This document shows, piece after piece, positions 37,610 through 44,962 of a stretch of 64,000 nt of DNA. The position numbers were made by a program, and so were the translations under genes. This DNA comes from Clostridia bacterium (GTDB taxonomy: Bacteria; Bacillota; Clostridia; Oscillospirales; RGIG8002): positions 34,144 through 98,143 of the forward strand of contig JAFRVI010000075.1 of NCBI GenBank assembly GCA_017438525.1, written 5' to 3'. Under the pieces are notes generated by a model that was given only the letters and a program-made list of their open reading frames with translations, searched no databases and was not told where the DNA came from. Within the stretch, counting starts at the first letter, position 1, and every line of letters begins with the position of its first letter.

Positions 37610-39406
37610 GTGCTTGATAACAACATTACAAATAAATACGGCGCACGCGCGGTGAAGTATTCGCCTGCGCACGCTTCGAACGGATCTTCCACGGGCCTGA
37701 CGGCGTTCTTCAAGAACATCAGGAAGATGTTTAGAAGAGGATTCAGAAAAACCAAGGCCGCCTTTGGCAATATGTTTGCCGCCTGCGGCAGAGGTTTCAA
37801 GAAGATCGGTTCTTGGTTCAGGCAGCACTTCGGCGAGGATATTGCTGCTGTCAAGCGTTTTTTCGCGAAAGTTCGTTCTGCAGATAACAAGGCGATCAAC
37901 GAGACTAAAAATTTCTTTTCCGAAATAGGCAGGGATTTCAAAGCATTCTTCGGTCTGTTCTCGAAGGATTCGCGCAAGCGGATATTGACTGCGGCGAAGA
38001 ATAAGCTCACCGCAGTAGGCGAGCGAGTTTCGGAGCGGGGTTTCTTCGCGTGGGCGGCGAACAGCGTCAAGCTGCACGCCCGCTTCATTATAACGGTCGC
38101 AATGGTATTCAGTATAGTGCTGTTCACTTCCATCTACGCGGCGAATGCCTACGCGATGAACAGCGTTGCGGTCATAGTCAACGGCGAGAATATCGGCGCG
38201 GTCAGCAGCATCGACCAATTCGACGAATCCGTCCGAATGGTCGAGGAGCGCGTTTCGCTCGGAACTAACGGCGAATACAAGCTCGGTCTTGACATAAAGT
38301 ACGAGTTCACGACCTCGTCGTCGGCCGATATATCCACTACTTATGAAATGATCGATAAGATCCTTCGCTTCTCCGGCACGAGCATAGTCGACGCCTACGG
38401 TCTCTACGTGGACGGCGAGCTGTGGGCGGTCTGCCGCGACAAAGAAACGATCGATAACTCTATTGCTTCGGTGCTCGCGCCTTATCAGGCGAAGCAGACG
38501 GAGGCGGGCGCGACCGTTGCCTTCACGCAGAAGACCGAGACGGTCTACGGGCTTTACCCCGCCGGACTGCTCTGCAGCGAAGAGGACCTCAAATCCATAA
38601 TCGGCGACGTTGAGGGCTACAAGAGCTATCGTATCCAGGCGGGCGACACGCTTGAGAACATCGCTATGATGAACGACACCACCGTCGAGGCGCTGAAGGA
38701 GCTCAACCCCGACCTTCCCGAAGAGCTGGTCGTCGGCACGGATATCAACGTCGCGAAGAACGACGGCAAGCTTTCCGTCAAGACGGTTATCCGCAAGAGC
38801 TACCAGAAGACGATAAAATATAAGACTGTCAAAACCAGAACGAAAACGCTCGCTGCCGGCACGACGAAGGTCGAGCAGAAGGGCGAGAACGGGCTGAAGG
38901 AGATCGTCTCCGACTTCGTCTACATCGACGGCGAACTGATCGAAGAGGTCGTTGTTTCCGAGAAGACGATCAAGAAGGTCGTCGACGAAAAGATCCTCGT
39001 CGGTACCAAGTCCACGGGAGGCGGCGGAGGAGTATCCACCGGCAACTACATGAGACCGGTATCCGGCGGCTACGTATCCAGCAGATACGGCTACAGAGGC
39101 AGGGAGTTCCACACCGGCGTCGATATCGCGTGTCCGAAGGGAACGCCGATAATGGCTGCCGACGGAGGCACCGTCACTACGGTCACATACGGCAGCAGCG
39201 GTTACGGATACCATATCATTATCAACCACTCCAACGGAGAACAGACGCTTTACGCTCACTGCAGCGCGCTCTACGTTCACGTCGGCGAGAAGGTCGATAA
39301 GGGTCAGGTCATCGCCGCGGTCGGGCAGACCGGACGCGCCTACGGCTACCACCTCCACTTCGAGGTCCGCCGCAACGGCAAGCACGTCTACCCCGGCATA
39401 GGATAA
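37610..39406 (+). CDS. M23 peptidase with LysM and G5 domains
   Basis: LysM (YRIQAGDTLENIAMMNDTTVEALKELNP), a G5-like block (TKVEQKGENGLKE), and the M23 core (HTGVDIACPKGTPI...HLHFEV). Confidence 0.8.
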   Translation: MLDNNITNKYGARAVKYSPAHASNGSSTGLTAFFKNIRKMFRRGFRKTKAAFGNMFAACGRGFKKIGSWFRQHFGEDIAAVKRFFAKVRSADNKAINETKNFFSEIGRDFKAFFGLFSKDSRKRILTAAKNKLTAVGERVSERGFFAWAANSVKLHARFIITVAMVFSIVLFTSIYAANAYAMNSVAVIVNGENIGAVSSIDQFDESVRMVEERVSLGTNGEYKLGLDIKYEFTTSSSADISTTYEMIDKILRFSGTSIVDAYGLYVDGELWAVCRDKETIDNSIASVLAPYQAKQTEAGATVAFTQKTETVYGLYPAGLLCSEEDLKSIIGDVEGYKSYRIQAGDTLENIAMMNDTTVEALKELNPDLPEELVVGTDINVAKNDGKLSVKTVIRKSYQKTIKYKTVKTRTKTLAAGTTKVEQKGENGLKEIVSDFVYIDGELIEEVVVSEKTIKKVVDEKILVGTKSTGGGGGVSTGNYMRPVSGGYVSSRYGYRGREFHTGVDIACPKGTPIMAADGGTVTTVTYGSSGYGYHIIINHSNGEQTLYAHCSALYVHVGEKVDKGQVIAAVGQTGRAYGYHLHFEVRRNGKHVYPGIG

Positions 39407-39419
39407 TAAGCGGCATAAT

Positions 39420-39447
39420 AAAAGCGGCTCCGTGCGGAGCCGCTTTT
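39420..39447. terminator. bidirectional terminator (M23 gene / tdk)
   Basis: AAAAGCGGCTCC-GTGC-GGAGCCGCTTTT. Confidence 0.85.
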
Positions 39448-39505
39448 GTCTGTCATTCTGAGGGCGATGCCCGAAGAATCCCCCGACTTTCTCAGCGGTG
39501 CGGGA

Positions 39506-40066
39506 TCAGTCTTCCGGCCCGAGCTGGCCTTTCGCCCAGTGCTTGCGGCAGAGACTCGTGTAGCTTTCATTGCCGCCGATGACGACCTGTTCGCCGGTCT
39601 TCGTGACCTTGCCGTTCAGCAGACGTGCGTTGCAGGTGGCTTTCCTGCCGCACCAGCATATCGTTTTTACCTCCTCGATGGAGTCCGCCCACGCGAGCAG
39701 CCATTGACTGCCCTCGAAAAGGTTGCCTTTGAAGTCGGCGCGCAGTCCGTAGGCGACGACGGGGACGTTTTCCTCGTCCACGATGCGCACGAGCTCCTCG
39801 ACCTGCGCCTTCGTCAGAAACTGCGCCTCGTCGACGATGACGGCGTCGTACTTTTTGACGTCCACGCCGCCGAGCTCCTCCATATAGACGCAGTCAGCGC
39901 GCAGTCCGGAACGCGAGACGACGACGTGATCGCCGTCGCGGTCGTCCACGCGCGGCTTGACCATGAGCGCGTTCTGTCCGCGCTCGGCGTAGTTATACTG
40001 CACCATGATCGCGTTCGCGGTCTTGCTCGAGCCCATCGCTCCGTAGCGGAAATACAGCTTTGCCAT
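39506..40066 (-). CDS. tdk: thymidine kinase
   Basis: YGAMGSSKT P-loop, VIVDEAQF, and a C-terminal zinc motif (CWCG...SLCRKH). Start MAKLYF at 40066. Confidence 0.9.
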   Translation of the reverse strand: MAKLYFRYGAMGSSKTANAIMVQYNYAERGQNALMVKPRVDDRDGDHVVVSRSGLRADCVYMEELGGVDVKKYDAVIVDEAQFLTKAQVEELVRIVDEENVPVVAYGLRADFKGNLFEGSQWLLAWADSIEEVKTICWCGRKATCNARLLNGKVTKTGEQVVIGGNESYTSLCRKHWAKGQLGPED

Positions 40067-40134
40067 AAAAGCGCCTCCGTTTCTTTGCATCATTATACCA
40101 CACCGTAGCGGAAAAGGGAAGAGGATTTGCGTAA

Positions 40135-40180
40135 TAAAAAAGGCGCCCGTCGGGACACTTGCGACAGAGCATGTGTCCCG
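40135..40180 (-). repeat. 45-nt hairpin element, left copy (inverted relative to 41360-41404)
   Basis: The reverse complement, cgggacacatgctctgtcgcaagtgtcccgacgggcgcctttttt, aligns with the right copy at about 36 of 45 positions, including the loop sequence. Confidence 0.75.
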
Positions 40181-40376
40181 ATTTTTTGCGCTTAGCTTTG
40201 AAATTGATCTGATCTGTGCTGTTTTCAGCAAAACCAACGCAAAAGCACTTTTGACAACCTGCGGTCATCAAAAGCGCATTTTTGCTCGGTGAGGCGGGGA
40301 TTGATCTCCGCCTTGATGAATTAATGGCACTGCATTGTTTCAACTCCCAGTTGAATTATTTGCGCTTATCAGGTTA

Positions 40377-40405
40377 TTGAATATTAATTGAGCATGATCT
40401 ATAAT
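40377..40405 (+). promoter_or_regulatory. sigma-A promoter for the XRE-TPR gene
   Basis: TTGAAT, 17-nt spacer, TATAAT. Confidence 0.55.
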
Positions 40406-40466
40406 GATATCAGAACGAAAGGCGCCGATTCGTTTTAATTATGTAATAGAAACGGAGATAACTATT

Positions 40467-41270
40467 ATGGTATTAAACATCGGAAGCAAGATTAAATCGT
40501 TGCGAAAGCAGCGAGGATTAACGCAAGAACAACTGGCTGAGGCTGTCGGCATTTCTTTTCAATCCATAAGCAAATGGGAAAACGGTATTGCATTGCCGGA
40601 TATAACTCTTACACCGGCTTTGGCGAGTTATTTCGGCATCACGATGGATGAACTTTTTGGATACAATCTGAAAGAAACAGAAGAAAAGATAAATTCCATC
40701 TGCGAAGAGGCTTTTAAATGCAGAAACGAAGATCCGATCAAAAGCCGCGGTATTCTTGAAGAAGGGCTGAAAGCTTATCCGGACAATGATGTTTTGCTTA
40801 ATAATCTTCTATACGTAATGGATTATCAAAAAGAGCCGGATGAGGTTATTCGAATTGCCAATAAACTGATTGATCAGACAACGCAAGAAGATGTTAAATA
40901 CGATGCGTTGCGTTGCCTTGCCGACGCTTATAAACAAAAAGGCGATATGAAGAGCGCCGAAGCAGCCATTGAGCAGATTCCCGAAATCTATTTTTCAAAG
41001 TTATCGGTAGCAGCGTGGATACTGACAGGCAAAAAACAATACGATGCTGCGGAAAAGCAGAAGTGGATAGCTTTTGAAGATCTTCTACAAATGATGGGCA
41101 AAATCGCCGAATATCTGGAAGAAGAGGAGAACTGCGTTGCTGCTCTTGCGGAAGCAAAACGTGCAAAGGCGCTCATTGAAGCAATGAAAGATGAGAAAAA
41201 CATTGAAAAATTCAGTGTATATGTCAAGGCGATAGATGAACAGATTTGCAGACTATCGGCAAAAAAGTAG
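40467..41270 (+). CDS. XRE-family HTH regulator with a TPR-like C-terminal domain (RRNPP-like architecture)
   Basis: HTH IKSLRKQRGLTQEQLAEAVGISFQSISKWENG, then ~200 aa of helical repeats. AT-rich gene. ATG at 40467 after ACGGAG. Confidence 0.75.
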   Translation: MVLNIGSKIKSLRKQRGLTQEQLAEAVGISFQSISKWENGIALPDITLTPALASYFGITMDELFGYNLKETEEKINSICEEAFKCRNEDPIKSRGILEEGLKAYPDNDVLLNNLLYVMDYQKEPDEVIRIANKLIDQTTQEDVKYDALRCLADAYKQKGDMKSAEAAIEQIPEIYFSKLSVAAWILTGKKQYDAAEKQKWIAFEDLLQMMGKIAEYLEEEENCVAALAEAKRAKALIEAMKDEKNIEKFSVYVKAIDEQICRLSAKK

Positions 41271-41359
41271 TGAGGCGCGGAGCAATCCCAGCCTTGTATC
41301 ATTGTTACTTATAAACAGTCTTCTTGACTCTTTAGCTCCGAACCCGTAAACAAACCGCG

Positions 41360-41404
41360 AGGGACACCTGCTCTATGGCAAGTGTCCCTCGGGACGCCTT
41401 TTTC
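41360..41404 (+). repeat. 45-nt hairpin element, right copy; also the terminator for the XRE gene and queT
   Basis: agggacacctgctctatggcaagtgtccctcgggacgccttttt. Confidence 0.75.
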
Positions 41405-41415
41405 GTATGCGTTTT

Positions 41416-41961
41416 TCAGAAAAGTTCGGTCCTGCGGTTGATGCGGTTGAGCAGGAGCATCAAGCTGACGCCGAGGACGTAGCAGACGGCGGCTTCGCCG
41501 GCGCCGACGGTCAGCGCGTGGAGCCCGAGCACCGCGAACTTCGAGGTCGCGCCGAGGGTGGCGGTCACTCCGTAGCCGTAGTAGAGCACGAATGGGATAA
41601 TCAGCGCGTTGAAGACGACGGGCGGCAGCGGCACGAGCAGCTTCGCTCCGAGCGCGACGCGCTCGGTCCTGCCGACGCGGAACGCCCTGCCGATGAAATA
41701 GCTCGCGATCGCGGCGAGCAGCGTCGCCAGCGAGCCGAAGACGACGTCGATCCACGTGCCGCCGAGTATGTTCGCGACGGCGCAGCCGATCGTCAGTCCC
41801 GGGATGGCGGCGGGCGTGAACGCGGGCAGCACGCAGAGCGCTTCGGAAAGGCGGAACTGGATGCCTGCGGACGAGATCTCCCACAGCACCATCGTCAGCG
41901 CGGCGTAAAGCGCGGCGGTCAGCGCCGCGGTCACAAGGTACCTTACACTTTTGTTTTTCAT
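41416..41961 (-). CDS. queT: QueT-family queuosine-precursor transporter
   Basis: ~180-aa polytopic protein with the GIQFRLSEAL motif. Start MKNKSV at 41961. Confidence 0.7.
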   Translation of the reverse strand: MKNKSVRYLVTAALTAALYAALTMVLWEISSAGIQFRLSEALCVLPAFTPAAIPGLTIGCAVANILGGTWIDVVFGSLATLLAAIASYFIGRAFRVGRTERVALGAKLLVPLPPVVFNALIIPFVLYYGYGVTATLGATSKFAVLGLHALTVGAGEAAVCYVLGVSLMLLLNRINRRTELF

Positions 41962-42030
41962 TTTTTCAACTCCGTAGTTTTGTTTTTTCGGCCTTGCGGC
42001 GTGGGTGAGGATGGTTCCGAACTCACCGAG
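41962..42030 (-). promoter_or_regulatory. queT leader, candidate preQ1-class riboswitch
   Basis: Minus-strand transcript from TGTTATAAT (42035-42043): GGUGAG-UUCGGAACCAUC-CUCACC, then a GCC-GCAA-GGC hairpin, then CCGAAAAAACAAAACUACGGAG running into the SD. The A-rich ...AAAAAAC..ACUA.GGAG tail resembles preQ1-I. Confidence 0.3.
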
Positions 42031-42100
42031 GGCGATTATAACACAGGCGCGCGCGAATTGCAAGCGAAAGTTTCGCCGCCCGAAATACAAAAAATATCTC

Positions 42101-42129
42101 TTGACAAAGGCGGCGCGGTATGTTATCAT
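42101..42129 (+). promoter_or_regulatory. sigma-A promoter for the tRNA-Ser pair
   Basis: TTGACA, 17-nt spacer, TATCAT, about 16 nt before the first tRNA. Confidence 0.6.
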
Positions 42130-42145
42130 TCATCTGTTGCGTTAC

Positions 42146-42232
42146 GGAGAGATGTCCGAGCGGTTTAAGGAGCCGGTCTTGAAAACCGGTGACCCGAAAG
42201 GGCCGAGGGTTCGAATCCCTCTCTCTCCGCCA
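42146..42232 (+). tRNA. tRNA-Ser (anticodon UGA), CCA encoded
   Basis: GGAGAGA acceptor paired with TCTCTCC, anticodon arm CCGGT-CTTGAAA-ACCGG, long variable arm, T arm GAGGG-TTCGAAT-CCCTC. Confidence 0.9.
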
Positions 42233-42275
42233 ATTTCTCTCATAACGAAATGATATAGGCGTTTATCGTCACCAT

Positions 42276-42365
42276 GGAGAAGTACCCAAGTGGTGAAGGG
42301 GCTCCCCTGCTAAGGGAGTAGGCTTGTAACAGGGCGCAAGGGTTCAAATCCCTTCTTCTCCGCCA
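42276..42365 (+). tRNA. tRNA-Ser (anticodon GCU), CCA encoded
   Basis: GGAGAAG acceptor paired with CTTCTCC, anticodon arm CTCCC-CTGCTAA-GGGAG, long variable arm, T arm AAGGG-TTCAAAT-CCCTT. Confidence 0.9.
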
Positions 42366-42368
42366 AAT

Positions 42369-42406
42369 AAATCAACCCCACAAAAATTGTGGGGTTGATT
42401 TATTTA
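42369..42406 (+). terminator. intrinsic terminator after the tRNA pair
   Basis: AAATCAACCCCAC-7 nt-GTGGGGTTGATTT followed by ATTT. Confidence 0.85.
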
Positions 42407-42482
42407 TGTCGGATTCAAGGGGATTTGAAACGAGCTCCAAAGGCGCGAAGCGGCTTTGGCCGCAACAGTCCGGTGGACTGTT

Positions 42483-42517
42483 GCGCAAGGGAGAGGAAAA
42501 TCCCTTCTTCTCCGCCA
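42483..42517 (+). repeat. duplicated 3' end of tRNA-Ser(GCU), att-like relic
   Basis: gcgcaaggg...aaatcccttcttctccgcca. The last 20 nt are identical to 42346-42365. Confidence 0.8.
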
Positions 42518-42596
42518 GCATGGCACCTCGCGATCGCGGGGTGCTTTTGTTTTATCCTTTCCCGCGCCCCGCGCGTATACTGCGAGGGGTGATAGT

Positions 42597-43301
42597 ATGA
42601 AAAAACTCCGCAGCCCGTTCGCCTGCGCGGTAAGGCGCACGGCGGGCTATCCGAACTACCCGGGCGGCGCGTACCACGGCGGGGAGGATTACGTTCCCGT
42701 CGACAAAACGCCCGAATCGAACTGGGATATCTACGCCGTTTCCGGCGGCGAGGTATATATCGCGAAAAAGCAGAAGGGCGACTACTCCGGCGGCTACGGC
42801 GCTTACGGCAACTATATCGTCTATATCTGCGATAACGGTCTGTGGGTGCTCTGCGCCCACCTCGCGAAGCTCCCGTGCGTGAAGGCGGGGGAGCGTCTCG
42901 CCGCGGGCGAGCTGATCGGCGTTGCCGGCGCGACGGGGAACGTCACCGGCCGTCACCTGCATATCGAGGTCGCGGATATGCGCGGCGTCGAATGCGACCG
43001 CGCGGACTGGTACGCCGCCTTCAAGGCACGCCGTGTCCGCCCGAGCGACTATATCGATTTCAACGACTACAGGGAAGAGGGCTTCTTCGTGAAAGTGTGG
43101 AAAAACGGCAGCACCGTCGAATACGTCTATCAAACGACGGCGGACTGCAAAGCGCGGCGCGGCCGTATCGGCTCGCTCGCGCCTTACGAAAGCTGCGAGT
43201 GCCGCGGGATCATCGACGGCGTCTATCTCGTCGTCTACCGCGTCAACGGCACGAACGCGCTCAAGTGCGGCTTCGTCCGCTACTCCGGCGGCGTAAAGTA
43301 G
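42597..43301 (+). CDS. M23-family peptidase with an SH3b-like C-terminal region (lysin-like)
   Basis: GGEDYVP...GATGNVTGRHLHIEV M23 motifs. ATG at 42597 after GAGGGG. Confidence 0.7.
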   Translation: MKKLRSPFACAVRRTAGYPNYPGGAYHGGEDYVPVDKTPESNWDIYAVSGGEVYIAKKQKGDYSGGYGAYGNYIVYICDNGLWVLCAHLAKLPCVKAGERLAAGELIGVAGATGNVTGRHLHIEVADMRGVECDRADWYAAFKARRVRPSDYIDFNDYREEGFFVKVWKNGSTVEYVYQTTADCKARRGRIGSLAPYESCECRGIIDGVYLVVYRVNGTNALKCGFVRYSGGVK

Positions 43302-43304
43302 GTG

Positions 43305-43333
43305 TTGACCTCGCAGCGAAACGGTGGTATAAT
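43305..43333 (+). promoter_or_regulatory. sigma-A promoter
   Basis: TTGACC, 17-nt spacer, TATAAT (TGg extended). Confidence 0.6.
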
Positions 43334-43366
43334 ACCGGTATCAGCTAAACGAAAGGACGTTCGGAT

Positions 43367-43723
43367 ATGAGTATTCTGAAATGGGTCATCAAAGACGCCG
43401 TCGAAGAAGCGGTCTCGCAGGCCGCGTGGAAGGCCGCTCAGCCGTCTATGGAAGCCGCCGCCAACAAAGCCGCGCAGGAAGCGTTCGCTGAGGCAACCAA
43501 AAACGACGCCGCCGTTCAGGCCGCGCTCGAAGCGGCGAAGAATATGAAGATCTGCCCCTCATGCGGAACCGGCTGCGCTGCCGATATGAAGTTCTGCACC
43601 AACTGCGGAACGAAGCTGCCGGAGCTCGCCGTCGGCGCGGGATTCTACTGTCCGAACTGCGGCAAACAGAACAGCGACGACGCGAAGTTCTGCGTCGGCT
43701 GCGGTCAGCCGCTGAACCATTGA
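43367..43723 (+). CDS. double zinc-ribbon protein with an Ala-rich helical N-terminus
   Basis: CPSCG...CTNCG and CPNCG...CVGCG. Confidence 0.7.
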   Translation: MSILKWVIKDAVEEAVSQAAWKAAQPSMEAAANKAAQEAFAEATKNDAAVQAALEAAKNMKICPSCGTGCAADMKFCTNCGTKLPELAVGAGFYCPNCGKQNSDDAKFCVGCGQPLNH

Positions 43724-43740
43724 TACCGCGCTTTTTCCGC

Positions 43741-43773
43741 GAGCGCCGTCCTTCCGGGCGGCGCTCGTTTTTT
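43741..43773 (+). terminator. intrinsic terminator
   Basis: GAGCGCCG-10 nt-CGGCGCTC followed by GTTTTTT. Confidence 0.8.
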
Positions 43774-43790
43774 GCGCGCGCACCGCGGTA

Positions 43791-43819
43791 TTGATTTTTC
43801 TTGTCCGATATGCTATAAT
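43791..43819 (+). promoter_or_regulatory. sigma-A promoter
   Basis: TTGATT, 17-nt spacer, TATAAT. Confidence 0.6.
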
Positions 43820-43885
43820 ATCTAATGTTATACACAAGATGCCGTTGGGGCAAATACGCGAAAAGAATATGGGGGCTTCCGCTTA

Positions 43886-44707
43886 ATGAGCCGTAAAATA
43901 CGTAACTTTTACTATTATGACGAACGAAACGACGACTTCGCGAGCAACGGAATAGAGACCAAGCCGCTGCCCGCGGACTACGAATACCTGCCGAAGAGCC
44001 GTCTTTTCCGCTTCTTCAAACCGCCGGTCTACTTTTTCGTGCGCGGGATATGCTCGCTTTGTGAAAAGACGGGGATCGCGATGCGCGGAAAGAACAAAAA
44101 GGTGCTGAAGAACAGGGGAGACCGCTCGAAGGGATATTTCATCTACGGCAACCACACCTCGAGCTTTTCCGACGCCGTCACCGGCGCGGTGGCGACGTTT
44201 CCGAGGCAGTGCTACGTCGTCTGCAACCCCGACGCGCTCTCAATAAAAGGCATCCGCACGCTCGTGCGCTTTGTCGGCGCGCTTCCGACGCCGTCTTCGC
44301 GCAGGAACTACGCCGACTTCGGCGTCGCCGTGGGGACGCTGTACGAGAAGGGGCGCCCGATAGTGATTTATCCTGAGGCGCACATCTGGCCGAAGTATAA
44401 CGCGATCCGCGACTTCGCCGACGTGTCGTTTTCATTTCCCGTCAAGCTCGGCGCGCCCTGCTTCGCGAAAACCACGGTTTACAAAAAGAAGCGCGGAGGC
44501 AGGACGAGGGGCTTTGTGATATACGACGGGCCATTCTACGCGGACCGTTCGCTCGGCGAGAGGGAGGCCCGCGCGGAGCTCTGCGCACGCGTTAAGGCGT
44601 GTATGCGCGCGCGTGCGGAGGAGTTCGGCTCCGCGCTTGACGAGAGTTACCATTATATAAAAGTCGAATCGCCCGCCGAGGTCAGAACGGAGAGCGTTAA
44701 AAAATAA
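43886..44707 (+). CDS. lysophospholipid acyltransferase (PlsC-like) family protein
   Basis: YGNHTSSFSD (HX4-5D-like) and IYPEAHIWP blocks. Confidence 0.55.
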   Translation: MSRKIRNFYYYDERNDDFASNGIETKPLPADYEYLPKSRLFRFFKPPVYFFVRGICSLCEKTGIAMRGKNKKVLKNRGDRSKGYFIYGNHTSSFSDAVTGAVATFPRQCYVVCNPDALSIKGIRTLVRFVGALPTPSSRRNYADFGVAVGTLYEKGRPIVIYPEAHIWPKYNAIRDFADVSFSFPVKLGAPCFAKTTVYKKKRGGRTRGFVIYDGPFYADRSLGEREARAELCARVKACMRARAEEFGSALDESYHYIKVESPAEVRTESVKK

Positions 44708-44780
44708 TTCTCAGCGATTATTCAAAGCGGCGCGGAAGCTGATAAAAAGACGCGAAGAACAAAAAAACTAATTTTCCCTC

Positions 44781-44809
44781 TTGACATATGGGGAAATATG
44801 CGGTATACT
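44781..44809 (+). promoter_or_regulatory. sigma-A promoter of the sipW/tasA-like operon
   Basis: TTGACA, 17-nt spacer, TATACT. Followed by a ~150-nt leader. Confidence 0.65.
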
Positions 44810-44962
44810 TTTAATGATTTGATGTAGTTTTATGATGTCTTGCGGTACGCAATTGTGCCGAAAGGCGTTGTAAAGCGCAGTTTCCGTATTTATTTTTTCG
44901 CGTTTCAAGAAAGATTGCGGCGCCGCGAAAAGCGCTTTCCGCAATCGTTTTCGGAGGTCCAA

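Noticed and set aside
37523-39385. 620-aa minus-strand ORF opposite the M23/LysM/G5 gene.
   Set aside because: The plus-strand gene has LysM, G5 and M23 motifs plus a promoter and terminator. The antisense product has no features.
40324-40380. 18-codon ORF (MALHCFNSQLNYLRLSGY) as a pheromone precursor for the XRE-TPR regulator.
   Set aside because: It has no RBS, it overlaps the regulator's -35 box, and it has no signal-like or typical pro-peptide features.
41407-42253. Plus-strand ORFs 41407-42168 (253 aa) and 42005-42253 (82 aa).
   Set aside because: The first is antisense to queT. The second runs through the tRNA-Ser(UGA) gene, which makes it an artefact.
44810-44962. c-di-GMP or other known riboswitch in the tasA-like operon leader.
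   Set aside because: I could not find the conserved GEMM-I/II sequence blocks. It is reported only as an unclassified structured leader.
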